NCBI GenBank assembly: GCA_040285855.1
Contig: JAUFOQ010000002.1
Coordinates: 992,001 to 1,056,000 of the forward strand
DNA: 64,000 nucleotides
Direction: 5' to 3'
Source: Eukaryota sp. GEM-RC1
Taxonomy: Eukaryota
A model generated the notes under the pieces. The model searched no databases. It had not been told where the DNA came from and saw only the letters and a list, made by a program, of their open reading frames with translations. A program made the position numbers and the translations under genes. Position 1 is the first letter of the stretch; the number at the start of each line of letters is the position of its first letter. Of the stretch, positions 12,040 through 22,971 are shown piece by piece.

Positions 12040-13572
12040 CTACTTTTTTGACCTACTACTAGCTAACAGTCCTAATGCTCTACGTGACGTTCCGCCCAAA
12101 CTAGAAATTGACCTAGGAGTGATTAGTTTTGATTCAATCTTGTGATGGAATAACTTCTCATGGATGATATTCAACAATTTCCCTCTAGCAATCAAAGTTC
12201 CTAAGAAATCTAATTCCTGACCATTAATTAAATCAACTGAAAAGCTCTCAGGTTCTGCTGGAACAGCTTTGCCTGCTGCTTCTAACTTTCGAACATCATT
12301 CTTTGATTCTTTATAAATCAATTCTTTAATTTCCACCATGGATTGTTTCAAAAGTAATTCAAGCTGAGCATGACTCGATCGGAAATCATTCAGTTCATCT
12401 TTGGCTTTGGAAATGTCGTTTTCAACCCCCTTGATTGCGGCTCTGAGCTCTTGTACTTGCCGATGAATGATTGTTTCTCGCTCGTCTAATCCATCATGAT
12501 AATCAAATTGATCTTCCAATTCCATCTGACCTTCATCCATGTCTTCAGAGTTCCCAAGACTATCACAATCACTCTCAATCAGTACCTGATTGCTGACTCT
12601 TTCCTTATCACACTCCTGCCTCAACAACTGATTGTCCTTCCTCAATGAATTCAGTTTAGCAATCGAAAGTGAGTAATCAGATTTGATTGCTTCTAACTCG
12701 TTCGTCAAAAAGACATTTCTTCGTTCTAAATCATTATGAAGAGCAGTTAGAGCAATAGTTTGACTTCTAGACTTGGAAACCGTTGCAGACGACTCTTTAA
12801 ACAAAGAAACAAATGATTCTAGACGTGAAACTACATCATTATCATTTTCGGACTTAATTTGTTCTTGAATTTTACTAATATGATCGTCAAATCCAGTAAC
12901 CATTTGTTTAATTCTAGTAGATGAAGCACTTAGGGCAACTTTATCCAATTGATCTATTTTCGAGTTGATATCGTGATAAAGGTCATAAAGTTGCCTGAAT
13001 TCAGAGGTGGTATGAGTGGTCTTCATCATCTTTTCAAATCGTTTCTGCATACCAGTAATGTCTTTTTGAAGAGAATCTTGTGCAGAGAGGAATTCCTGTT
13101 GCTTCTTCCGACTCAATTCCTGTAACTGATCACGTTTTTCAACTAACTTAGGATGTTCTGTTGACAGACGGCGTATTTGTTTCTCTAGTTCAGACAAAGG
13201 GGGAAGTTGGAGAGAGTCTGGGCGCGAATAGGATTGTTCAGGGAGATGTGTGATGGTTTTTGAGCGGACAAATGGAGATTTAGGACCTAGTTTGACTGGG
13301 GGAATGAGGAGATTGATTCCTTCTGTTGTTACAAGTGTTTTGGGTTCTTTTGAAGCAGTTGGAATACGTGGCAGAGGGGTTGAAGGTGGATCAAGTGGAT
13401 TAAAAGAAGGGAAATCAGACAGAGCACGATCAAGTGACTGCATAAAGTCTTGGGAAGGGTCATGACCTGCAGATTCACGAGCAGATCTTTCTTCATACAG
13501 AAGTTCTTCTAGTTTACGATGAAAAGCAAGACAATCTCCATTACTTGGGGATGTTAAGTCAACAATATCCAT
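12040..13572 (-). CDS. Coiled-coil protein of unknown function
   Basis: 510-aa ATG-initiated ORF, heptad-rich E/K/L/Q composition. Confidence 0.8.
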   Translation of the reverse strand: MDIVDLTSPSNGDCLAFHRKLEELLYEERSARESAGHDPSQDFMQSLDRALSDFPSFNPLDPPSTPLPRIPTASKEPKTLVTTEGINLLIPPVKLGPKSPFVRSKTITHLPEQSYSRPDSLQLPPLSELEKQIRRLSTEHPKLVEKRDQLQELSRKKQQEFLSAQDSLQKDITGMQKRFEKMMKTTHTTSEFRQLYDLYHDINSKIDQLDKVALSASSTRIKQMVTGFDDHISKIQEQIKSENDNDVVSRLESFVSLFKESSATVSKSRSQTIALTALHNDLERRNVFLTNELEAIKSDYSLSIAKLNSLRKDNQLLRQECDKERVSNQVLIESDCDSLGNSEDMDEGQMELEDQFDYHDGLDERETIIHRQVQELRAAIKGVENDISKAKDELNDFRSSHAQLELLLKQSMVEIKELIYKESKNDVRKLEAAGKAVPAEPESFSVDLINGQELDFLGTLIARGKLLNIIHEKLFHHKIESKLITPRSISSLGGTSRRALGLLASSRSKK

Positions 13573-14213
13573 TAAAAGTCAAGATAGTAGTCAGTATGTA
13601 GAAAAGCAACTTTTATGTTCTATCTCCTTTAACTTGATAACTCTATCTAAATAACATCAAAAATGATCACCAATGAGGCTCTGTTCCAGTTTTCTTCACC
13701 TCTTTAATTCTCAAACTCAGGAGATCTCTTTCATGTTCTTGTTGTCTGGCTAGAACTTCAGCCTCTTGATTGTGGATGGATGCCAGTGATCGTTCTTTTT
13801 GTCATGTTCACTATGAAGCCTTCGTCTCTCCATTTCATGCTGCTTCTTAACTCTTCTGAATGTTTCTCTTGGGTCCTCTCTTTCCATGTTATCCAAGTAA
13901 TTACCAACTTTTGATTATTTCACATTCACTTCTCCACTTCGCAGGTATCTATCCAGAACTGATGGCTAATCACTATTTCAATCTCTTAATTATACTTTTA
14001 TAAAATACACAGTATGTATCCCATACACGTCAATTCTTTTAAATTTTCTTTCAAAATTCAAACCGATTTACAATTGGAACTACTATTCAAAAGTTTAAGC
14101 AGAATGCTATTTTAAATGACCTGTATTTGGGTCACGCCATATTCCAAGGGTGGACTGTAGTATGGTGGATTTATTCCCATACAAATAAATTAAAAAAACA
14201 AAATTTCTAAAGA

Positions 14214-16106
14214 CTAAATTACTAAGAATATCAAATTCACTCTACAATTCATCCATTCTCTTAAACAACAACTCACAAAAAGAGGCAAACATCCTAAATC
14301 TGTAACAGTCTCAATCAGCTCAGTTAATTGATCTCTAACAAATCCAGGAAGTTGAGTTTTGAAACACAGACAACACAAATCATCATCTAACGAGTTAAGA
14401 ACATAAGAATTGATTTTTTGAGTATACATTGATTCAGATATGAGTTTTGGAATAATTAAAAACAAGCCTTCCAGTACGTTTTGAAATGACTGTGAATTTT
14501 GAAATTTCTGAAAAAACTTCCATGCTAAATCAAAAGCATTAAAACCTTCGACATCCTTGATTTGAACTCTACAGTGATTCTTAAACAAAAAAGACATTAA
14601 ACTAACGTTTCCTTCCAAAATTGAATTAAGAAAAAGTGTTCGACCATAGGAATCCTTAACATCAATCAGTTTTGACTCGATTGCGTTTTCTTCAATCAAT
14701 AACGAGAGCAACGGAAAACATGTGGAATCACCCATTAACTCGAGAAACTCAGACTCATCAGATAAGATGGCTCCAGCAGAAATGATTGCTGCAGTGACGT
14801 CATAAGAGTGGTTTTTGATTGAGCTCACTAGAGATGCATTTAGAGTTGTAAGAAGCTTGGGTCTACCTTCTAATCCAGCTCCAATCAGAAAACGTGTGAT
14901 TTTGACTGCATTTGATTGAACTGCTAGAAACAGCAAAGCAGATTCTGATTCAAATAGTGATGCGATATGAAAAATGATGGAAAAGGCAACGTCATCATCC
15001 TGTTCAAAAAGTTCTTTTAAAAAAGGCATCAAATTGGCAGGTGTTATCAGATCAGAATTTAAGTTGGATAATATAAAGGAAAGTGAATCTGAATTTCTTT
15101 GAAATTTGGGTAAAACTTGGGAAATATTGTGCGAATTACATGACCGACATAACAAATTCAAAACGTCATCATCGGACACGTCATCAATGAACAGAGGGTC
15201 AACTACAAGAGAACGTTTAAGAAAAACGTCATGACAATTGCTATAACGATCAGAATCAAACCTAGGTAGAGTTGGTCCAAATCTACAATAAACTAAATCA
15301 AAATAAGATGAATATGGATAAATAAAGTGACGATTGATATTTGAACATAATAAGGTAAGAATAATATTGTTGAAACAATTAAGATTAAAAGGAAAATCAT
15401 CCATGTTTGTCCACTTAAAAGGGATCGTTGATTGGCTGACATGATGGGAAAGTAATCCTAGCGATGGACAAATGATTGCAGTGCAATTAGATGATATTAA
15501 CGCATTAACAATAGTCTTTGAAGCCAAATCTAACAGCTCCCTAGTGCAAATAATTTTGAATAAATTTAAATATTTCAAATGTTTTGAAATAAAACAAGTA
15601 ATAGTAATTGGCTCAGCCAAGTTACAAAAGGAAATGTCCAGACCCCTGAGTGTTGGTATAGCCGCAGAAAGCTGTCTACAATACTCTGGTGAAAGAACTA
15701 ATCCTCGTAAAGAAAGAAATCGTAGATGAGAAAGACAAGCCAATGAAGGGTTAGGGTTAAACGAGAAAGAAACGTCCAGATACAGTAAAGGGGAGGATTC
15801 AAAGAGACTCATAAGAGAACCAGATCTACAATGCCGAAGAAAGAGAACTCTGATTTCCCTTGGATTAAATGGAAGAGGAGGTGATGTGGTAACAGTTCTA
15901 ATGTCATGGAGATTTAGGACGGAGGAAGAAGGAAGATGAGGCGTTGGATTGTGAACAGGGAGACTATGTTCTAATAATAAGGGTCTTGGTCGAAAAACAG
16001 GATACTTTATCAGGGTTGATAGGAAAGTTTGGGATACAAGACAGCATTTTCTGTAACAATCAGATGATATATAGGGATGTAGCTGTTGGAGAACAATACT
16101 AGTCAT
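14214..16106 (-). CDS. LRR plus ankyrin-repeat protein (possible N-terminal F-box-like motif)
   Basis: LxxLDVSF / LRGLDISFC repeats; ankyrin-like VKDSYGRTLF and IKDVEGFNAFDLA. Confidence 0.7.
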   Translation of the reverse strand: MTSIVLQQLHPYISSDCYRKCCLVSQTFLSTLIKYPVFRPRPLLLEHSLPVHNPTPHLPSSSVLNLHDIRTVTTSPPLPFNPREIRVLFLRHCRSGSLMSLFESSPLLYLDVSFSFNPNPSLACLSHLRFLSLRGLVLSPEYCRQLSAAIPTLRGLDISFCNLAEPITITCFISKHLKYLNLFKIICTRELLDLASKTIVNALISSNCTAIICPSLGLLSHHVSQSTIPFKWTNMDDFPFNLNCFNNIILTLLCSNINRHFIYPYSSYFDLVYCRFGPTLPRFDSDRYSNCHDVFLKRSLVVDPLFIDDVSDDDVLNLLCRSCNSHNISQVLPKFQRNSDSLSFILSNLNSDLITPANLMPFLKELFEQDDDVAFSIIFHIASLFESESALLFLAVQSNAVKITRFLIGAGLEGRPKLLTTLNASLVSSIKNHSYDVTAAIISAGAILSDESEFLELMGDSTCFPLLSLLIEENAIESKLIDVKDSYGRTLFLNSILEGNVSLMSFLFKNHCRVQIKDVEGFNAFDLAWKFFQKFQNSQSFQNVLEGLFLIIPKLISESMYTQKINSYVLNSLDDDLCCLCFKTQLPGFVRDQLTELIETVTDLGCLPLFVSCCLREWMNCRVNLIFLVI

Positions 16107-16279
16107 TTGAGAGAATTAAACTGGAAAACAAAACTGGTTTATCTGTTTCAACTTGAAACTTGGAAAACGACATTTTGCGTAATGAACGGCTGTGTACCTT
16201 TGTAATAAAAAAGTGTACATAGACAGTTCGTGTAAAAACGTTTGGCTAATTTTTGGATAAAAAATTTCTCCATCAACAA

Positions 16280-18150
16280 ATGAGACCTCGAGGAGTCAAG
16301 TCAAAAATAGATACAGGACGAAGCAGGGCAGAACCTATTGTCACTCGCAACACTCGTAAAAGAAGAGCAGCTGCCGATACAACTACCCCCCTTAAGAAAA
16401 AAACTGCTGATGAACCCCAAGGGAGAAAAACCCCTGAAGCTCCTTCAACTAAACCTGATAGCACTGATGCTGAATCTAACGATCTTTATACACTTCCTCC
16501 ACGTCCCAAACTCTCAACCATCCCAACGTGGGATCACAAAGCTAAACTGGAAGAACTCAAACCTTATGCTTCTGCCCTTCAATCTAAATTCCTTGGTCTA
16601 GTTGATGAACATCAAAAGATTATGTCTGATCTCAATTCTGTATCTGAAGACAAGTCTTCTGCATTTGCCAATCTTGAACAAGTCAAACAGCGTTTAAGCG
16701 ATGCTGCTCAAACTGAAGCTGACCTGAATGAAACAATATCTTCTTTGAACTCACACATACAGACTCTTGAAGGAGAATTGGTTAAAACTAACGAAGAAAT
16801 CGACAATCTAACTGCTCAACTTTCATCAAACCGCCAAGAAATGGATGAATTATCAGCTACTCTTCAAGCTGCACGTGATGAGATTGCTAGATGCGAGGAT
16901 CAAATCAGCCTGGAAAAGAGCTCAACGGAATCCAGAGAAGCAGAGATTGCACGATTGCAACAAGCACTTTCTCAAGCCGAACATCAGATATCGGAACACC
17001 AATCAAAGCTACGTTCAGAAGAGATCAAACGACGTGATCTACATAACACAATCCTAGAACTCAAAGGAAACATTAGAGTCTTTGTCCGTGTTCGACCTAC
17101 CCTTGAAAAGGAAAAAGAAGATGCTGACAATGAGTGTATTGTAAGTTATCCTGAGAACTCCGACTCAAAACAGCTAGTAGTTACTGGAGAAGCTAGAGTT
17201 TCTGTTACTGGAGAGCGAAGTGATCGTAAGGTTCATCCTTTTACGTTTGATCACGTGTTTGCAGACACTAGCTCACAATCAGACGTTTTTAATGAGCTTT
17301 CTGAGCTAGTTCAGTCTGCACTTGATGGATATAGAGTTGTAGTGTTTGCTTATGGACAAACTGGTTCTGGTAAAACGTATGCTTTTTCCTAGTATTCTCA
17401 CCTTAGTTACACGATGGAAGGAACCCCAGATCAACCCGGGGTCATCCCCAGGTCAGTTAACCTACTCTTTGACACCATCAAAGAACGTGATAAGATTGGC
17501 TTTGAGTCAAAGTTGTATCTTTCTACAGTTGAGATTTACAATGAGACTCTAATTGACTTGCTAAAGAAACCAGAGAAGGGTACCAAGGACCTTGAGATTA
17601 AACATGTTGATGGGAAGACTGTGGTGGCTGGCCTATCTAGAGTGGAGGTGACGTCACCTGAGCACACGTTTGAGCTTTTCTCTGTTGCTCAAGAGTATAG
17701 GCGTACTGCAGCAACTCTGTGTAATGATCGTTCTTCACGATCACATTTGATTTTTACCCTTGAGATTGATTGTCTCGATCGTTCGAGTGGTAAGTCCTTT
17801 ACAGGAATTTTAAATTTAATTGATTTGGCGGGTTCTGAGAGAATTGTTGTATCTGGAAGTATTGATGACCCTGAAAGAAGAAAAGAAGCTATCTGCATCA
17901 ATCAAACTCTTACCACTTTAGGAAAGTGTATCACTGGACTATCAAAAAGAGTGGTCACGTTCCCTTTAGAGATTGTAAGTTAACGTGGTACTTACAGCCA
18001 AGTTTAGTAGGGGATGCCAAGATGTTGATGTTTGCAAACTTGGCGCCAAATGCACAGAACTTTAGTGAGAGTTATAATACTTTAAAGTTTGCAAGGAAAG
18101 CAAATGATACTCATATTGGTCGTGCGAAAAGTGATGTTAAAAATATTTAA
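16280..18150 (+). CDS. Kinesin-14 (C-terminal motor, KIFC1/Ncd/Kar3 type)
   Basis: Basic tail, coiled coil, neck [33 protein letters not shown]; intron 17377-17406; frameshift in A-run 17944-17948. Confidence 0.93.
17377..17406 (+). other. 30-nt spliceosomal intron
   Basis: GTATGC...CTCACCTTAG; removal gives the canonical GKTYTMEG. Confidence 0.92.
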
Positions 18151-18316
18151 TTTCTACTCAGCAACTCCACAATAAATTAATTGTATTTTTACATAATCTC
18201 AAACAATATTGGAGAGGAATAATTACATTAGATTGAAACACAAGAATGATAAAATTCGACAAAAGAGTATTCGACAGAACAAAATATCAAGAAAAATAGA
18301 GAAATCAAATAAAAAC

Positions 18317-19111
18317 TCAATGAGTTTCAAAGACATAGAAATCCTCAACACCAGTATAATCTTTTGCAAACATTTGTCCTAATTCAGTGGGTTGAGAAAA
18401 CGCCAATTCCTTATTTAAAATATTAAACTCGTCTTTTAAAAAGTTGGCTAAATGGCAGCAGACATTTTGCCGCCGAAAGTTGCTTACTACGAACATTTTA
18501 TCAACACCAACCTTTACTATTGTATCGCCTTTTAGAGATTTATATGAATTCTCCTTGTTGAATTTAAAGGCCGAAACTGTCTTCATATAGATTAAACAAC
18601 CAATCATAGTGAGCTTGTTCTTAACTTTAGTCGCAGCAATTAATACTCCATGATTGAGCTTGCCGGCAATTGAAGAAGAACTACAACCAAGGGCAGTGAG
18701 GCAAGATGAGATGAACTCAATACAGCGGGGGGATAGCTTAGTCTGAGGTGGAAAGTGATAGATCATGAAGGTGTCCTTGAGGAGAGGTTTGGAGTTGAAC
18801 AAGAACTTATCAGCTAATAACCCAACTGAAGAGACTTCTGCATCTTTGGCAGTAAGCTTAGATGGATCAACTGGTACATTAAAGTAGAGCTGGGAGTAAG
18901 AAGGGGAGGTATGTTGAGATTGAGACGATGTGGGGGACTTGGAGTCTATGGAAAAGTTTTCAACTTTGGATGTTCGGGAAAAGAAATGCCGTAGAGTGAG
19001 TTGGCCATTGGACTTCTTTGATTTGGGAGATAACGATGGAGTTTTCACCAATTCAGGAGAACGGCAAGAAGTAGACGTTTTCTTCTTCCGTAGATGGCCA
19101 TAAGTGTGCAT
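18317..19111 (-). CDS. ECO1: Eco1/ESCO-like cohesin acetyltransferase
   Basis: PIP-box-like QLTLRHFF; C-terminal GVDKMFV..FRRQ and LAFSQPTELG..FAKDY. Confidence 0.8.
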   Translation of the reverse strand: MHTYGHLRKKKTSTSCRSPELVKTPSLSPKSKKSNGQLTLRHFFSRTSKVENFSIDSKSPTSSQSQHTSPSYSQLYFNVPVDPSKLTAKDAEVSSVGLLADKFLFNSKPLLKDTFMIYHFPPQTKLSPRCIEFISSCLTALGCSSSSIAGKLNHGVLIAATKVKNKLTMIGCLIYMKTVSAFKFNKENSYKSLKGDTIVKVGVDKMFVVSNFRRQNVCCHLANFLKDEFNILNKELAFSQPTELGQMFAKDYTGVEDFYVFETH

Positions 19112-19143
19112 CAAGTTGCCCGCAGGAAGTACTTCTAGTGATT

Positions 19144-19272
19144 TTTGTCCAAGTTGTTTGGAGGCAACTACTTTTCGGAATTAGGTTCGTTTGATAATTT
19201 GTTTTAATAGTGTTTATTGATTTGTTGTTTTCTTATTATGTGTTTTGCTCCGCACATAAATCCGTTTTTTTT
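19144..19272 (+). mobile_element. 5-prime-truncated retroelement tail ending in oligo(T)
   Basis: 12-bp TSD CTTCTAGTGATT (19132-19143, 19273-19284); related copies at about 1090-1127 plus 2654-2726, and about 40100-40225. Confidence 0.75.
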
Positions 19273-19917
19273 CTTCTAGTGATTATGTATGTTGATTTTT
19301 ATCTGGAATCCAACCTAGTACATGTACCGTAGATAGATTCTGGATAGATTCTCAGCTCTCAGCTTGTGAATACACAATACAGTATTGTTTCGTAATTCAT
19401 GATTTTTGTGTATACATTTGTATTATGTATTGATTTTTCTAGCAAATTGTCGTTGTATCAGTGTCCTATAGTTTTTTAACATTCCTACATGAACAAAAAC
19501 GTATGATACACTAGACACTGTGCATTTACCTGATCAACGCAACTACAGTATTGTTTTCTTACAATTTTCTCCTCGTGTTCATACAACCATGTGTATTTGT
19601 GTACTCTAACATCACTTCCGTACAAACAGTCAGTGATGACGATCCATGAACCCTATTATAAGGAGTTACATGGACTCCCAGATTGATACTGCTTTGATGA
19701 TGCTGTTATAGTTATTACAGTTTTGGAAGTAGTATTTGAAGATGATTTACAACTCTTCAATTATACAACTATCAATAGTGAACAAAGAGAAACTGTAGTC
19801 TGTATCTCCTAGATTGGTGAGAGCAATTTCCGTAACAGATAGATATTGGTCGTCATTGTTATCTCATTCGAGACATGCGGTGTTAGCCTCAGAGGCTTAA
19901 GTTTGGCATCATGTAAA

Positions 19918-20915
19918 GCAATTTTAAAGACCAAATTTCATAGAACAAAAACAGTAAGAAAAGTACAAAAACTACACCGACAGCAGTAATTAGTCTCACT
20001 GAGACTAATTATTTCCTCAAATATTTTTGGTTGGAGAAGTCCAGAAGTTCATTTTGCTGCAAAGATGTATTCATAAAACTCATTTAAAACAGAAATCGTC
20101 TATCCTCTTACAATTACATCATCTAGACGAGTCCCCTGTTCACCAATACAACCTGGTCTTCAACTGCATTCCAAAGACCATGTCTTCCGTCAACAATGTT
20201 CGTCAGTACATAGACAGGGGTTAAAAGAAAGGATACTCCTGGTCATTCATAGTCAAAAATTAATCCACAAATCCAATTTTGTCGAACGAATTACGGTTCA
20301 TTCTTAATTTTGAATAGTTTGTTATTCAATACACATTTGTTTCATTAACATTTTTCTCGAACTCTATTATTCATTCTGCAAAGGTGTCTGTGGAACACTG
20401 TAAGCCAAACTTGGTTAAAGTAGTCAAAAACAATCAATGTGGTCAGAGGATTCTTCCCTCTTGGAGTCAGATCAAAATGTACTTGCTTGTACAACAATAG
20501 TGGTTCTTCAATACTAGTTTGAATTATGAAGAAACATTGTGTGTATTTTGTATTGGTGTGAATACACTTCTTAACAAATGTTTAATCGAAAACTACATTG
20601 AGTAGAGGAACATGAAAAAGTTTGGATGCTTGAGATTTCAAGACAAAATTAGTCTCACTTCAGCAATTCTGAAAGTGTCAAGGACAAAATTAGTCTCTCT
20701 GAGACTAATTACTGCTGCCTGTGTAGAACTCAATATCAGTAAAGCAACATTCATTGCCATTAAAACTCACCTCAGCTTTTTCTTCGTAGAAAATACTGAG
20801 AACTAATAGAGCTTTCGAAATCATAATCGGAATTGTTTTATATATTGTAAAGACAATATGATTCAACTAAAAATTGAAATCAAATTGCTTGTTCATTCTT
20901 TTTTTGACAACGAAA
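19918..20915 (-). mobile_element. Truncated RLE non-LTR insertion, itself interrupted by a MITE
   Basis: TSD CATGTAAA (19910-19917, 20916-20923); 20724-20905 is similar to 49245-49430; empty-site paralog at about 53701-53760. Confidence 0.7.
19975..20723. mobile_element. TA-flanked non-autonomous element (Tc1/mariner-like)
   Basis: About 36-bp imperfect TIRs CAC.G.CAGCAGTAATTAGTCTCA..GAGACTAATT with TA on both sides. Confidence 0.85.
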
Positions 20916-21026
20916 CATGTAAACGGCAAACCAAGCGTAAAATATCTGATGAAAACTGATTAAACCGTTTAAAGTTGTTGCCAGTGTTCATAAATACATA
21001 CAGAAGTTTATAAGAGAAACATTAAA

Positions 21027-22971
21027 TTAAGTAATGGCGCGGTGCATCCTGTGAGTGAACGTAAGTCCACCAACCATAATAAAAGATGCTATAGAAGCCG
21101 CAACGATGGCCAAAATCTTAACAACACCAACATCACTTTCATGGAACTTCAATGCACCTAGAATAACAATTCCAGAAATCCCATTACTCAAACTGATAAG
21201 AAGAGAGTGAAGGTTAGCAGGAATAGAAGAAACAATGATAAATCCAACAACAGATGTCAATGAAAAGTAACAAAACAATTCAAGAGCTGGATGAGTTTTA
21301 GGCATCCAAGTGATTAGAAAAGAAAAAACCCAATACCAAAAGAAAATCGAAACATGATGATTTAGTGTGACCAATCCCACATGCAGTGGTTTTTGTTTCC
21401 ACTTCTTCAATCTCTTTGTCTGCAACTGACTTTGACTCTTCAATGCCAGCATCATTAGTGACTTCAGGTAATTTAGTAACAGTGTCTTTTTCAGAGAATT
21501 TGGGAGTATCGAATAAGATTGATCTCACAGAACAAAGACAATCATGAGCATCACCCAATACAATTCTACAGTTATCCTTGAACAATAAAGTGAGAGGTTC
21601 ACCAGAAAATCCAGAGTCGAGTCTCTTTGAACGTTTCAAAACAAAAGTCTTTTTACAACGATAGATTGGACAAATGGGCATCCCTGCAATGTTGGAGTCT
21701 TTTGATTCTTCAGCAATGGGATTGATTGTATCAGCGCAACCAACGGCAATAGCAACATCATAGCTCTCAAATTGACCCTTGAGCTCATCCAAATCAAAGA
21801 TGAGCTCATAGGGGATTCCGTTTTGGGCAAGTATAACTGCCAGATCACCAGGCATACGACCAGCCACGGGATGAACACAGAAGTGTACAACAATACCACG
21901 ACTTTGTAAGTTCTTCATGATTTCAGCAACGATTGGACCTCCCTTTGCCTGAGCCAGTCCAAATCCAGGTACAAACAACACTTTCTTGGCATTGATACAA
22001 GCGTCAACTAAACTTTGAGGGGAATCTTGTTGGACCAATGTTGAATCATAATAATGACGACGATTCTTGTATCTGAACCCAAACATCAGCTCAAATAACG
22101 ACCCATTCATCGCAACTGACACATATCGACTTAAAATCAATCCAGAACAACCCACAAGGATGCCTACAATGACCTGGATATTGTGACCGGTGAGTAAACC
22201 ACAGAACGCTACGCTAACGCCTGAGAGAGAGTTCATTAGAGTAATAAGTATTGAACGCGTAAAACCCTGACACGTCAGACCCTATAGTAAGCAGTCCAAG
22301 CGGAAGTAGACATACTGTGACTACACCGATGAGCAAGGCAATCCCTGCAATTGAAAGAAGACAAATGAGGGCATGGTCTTCAGTAGTTCCATTACAAATC
22401 ATAACAGAAAGAATGACCATCACAACGAATAGTACAAGATAAATAGCCTTTGAGAGAAACGATGGTAATCTCAGAAACCACAGTTGTTGAAGCTTCAGAG
22501 CACAAATGATACCACACGAGAACGTGACTGTACCAAAGACTACAGGCAAGATGACAAATAGAATCCCAAGTGAAGTAGTTTCGTTTGTCAAAAACCAGTA
22601 AAATGATATAAGAGTGCAAGCTAGCCCTGTTAAACCGTTGTAAACACTGACTAGCGGAGGAAGGTGTTGAAAATACAAAAATCCGCTTATGAGAAAAGAT
22701 AACAACGTAGCGGTTCCGCAGATCAGCATAAAAGACCGATTTTGATGGGATAAATTGACGGTGATAGATAAGAACTGAAATAAGAGAAGGTGTATCGTAC
22801 AATACCAGTGCCAATCCAGCAGGAAGGAACAACGTATTTAGTTCTCTGAGAAGTGATCAAAGACGCAAAAGACTGTACAATAAGAAAACATACGAGAGCC
22901 GCAGATACATAAGGTGCGTCGACAAGAGCTAGATGATTAAGAAAACGACTACTAGTAGGATTGAGTTCCAT
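21027..22971 (-). CDS. NAD(P) transhydrogenase-like protein copy 2 (no domain I)
   Basis: Same motifs as copy 1; introns 22282-22315 and 22775-22800 (or to 22805); frameshift in A-run 21323-21328. Confidence 0.85.

Noticed and set aside
17940..17950. Programmed ribosomal frameshifting as the explanation for split genes
   Set aside because: Shifts go both ways, lack a common slippery-stop motif and are not shared among paralogs; homopolymer error is simpler.
20940..20980. Hammerhead-like CTGATGA-AAAC...GTTT (also at about 53772)
   Set aside because: The required GAAA after stem II is missing and stems I and III cannot be formed.
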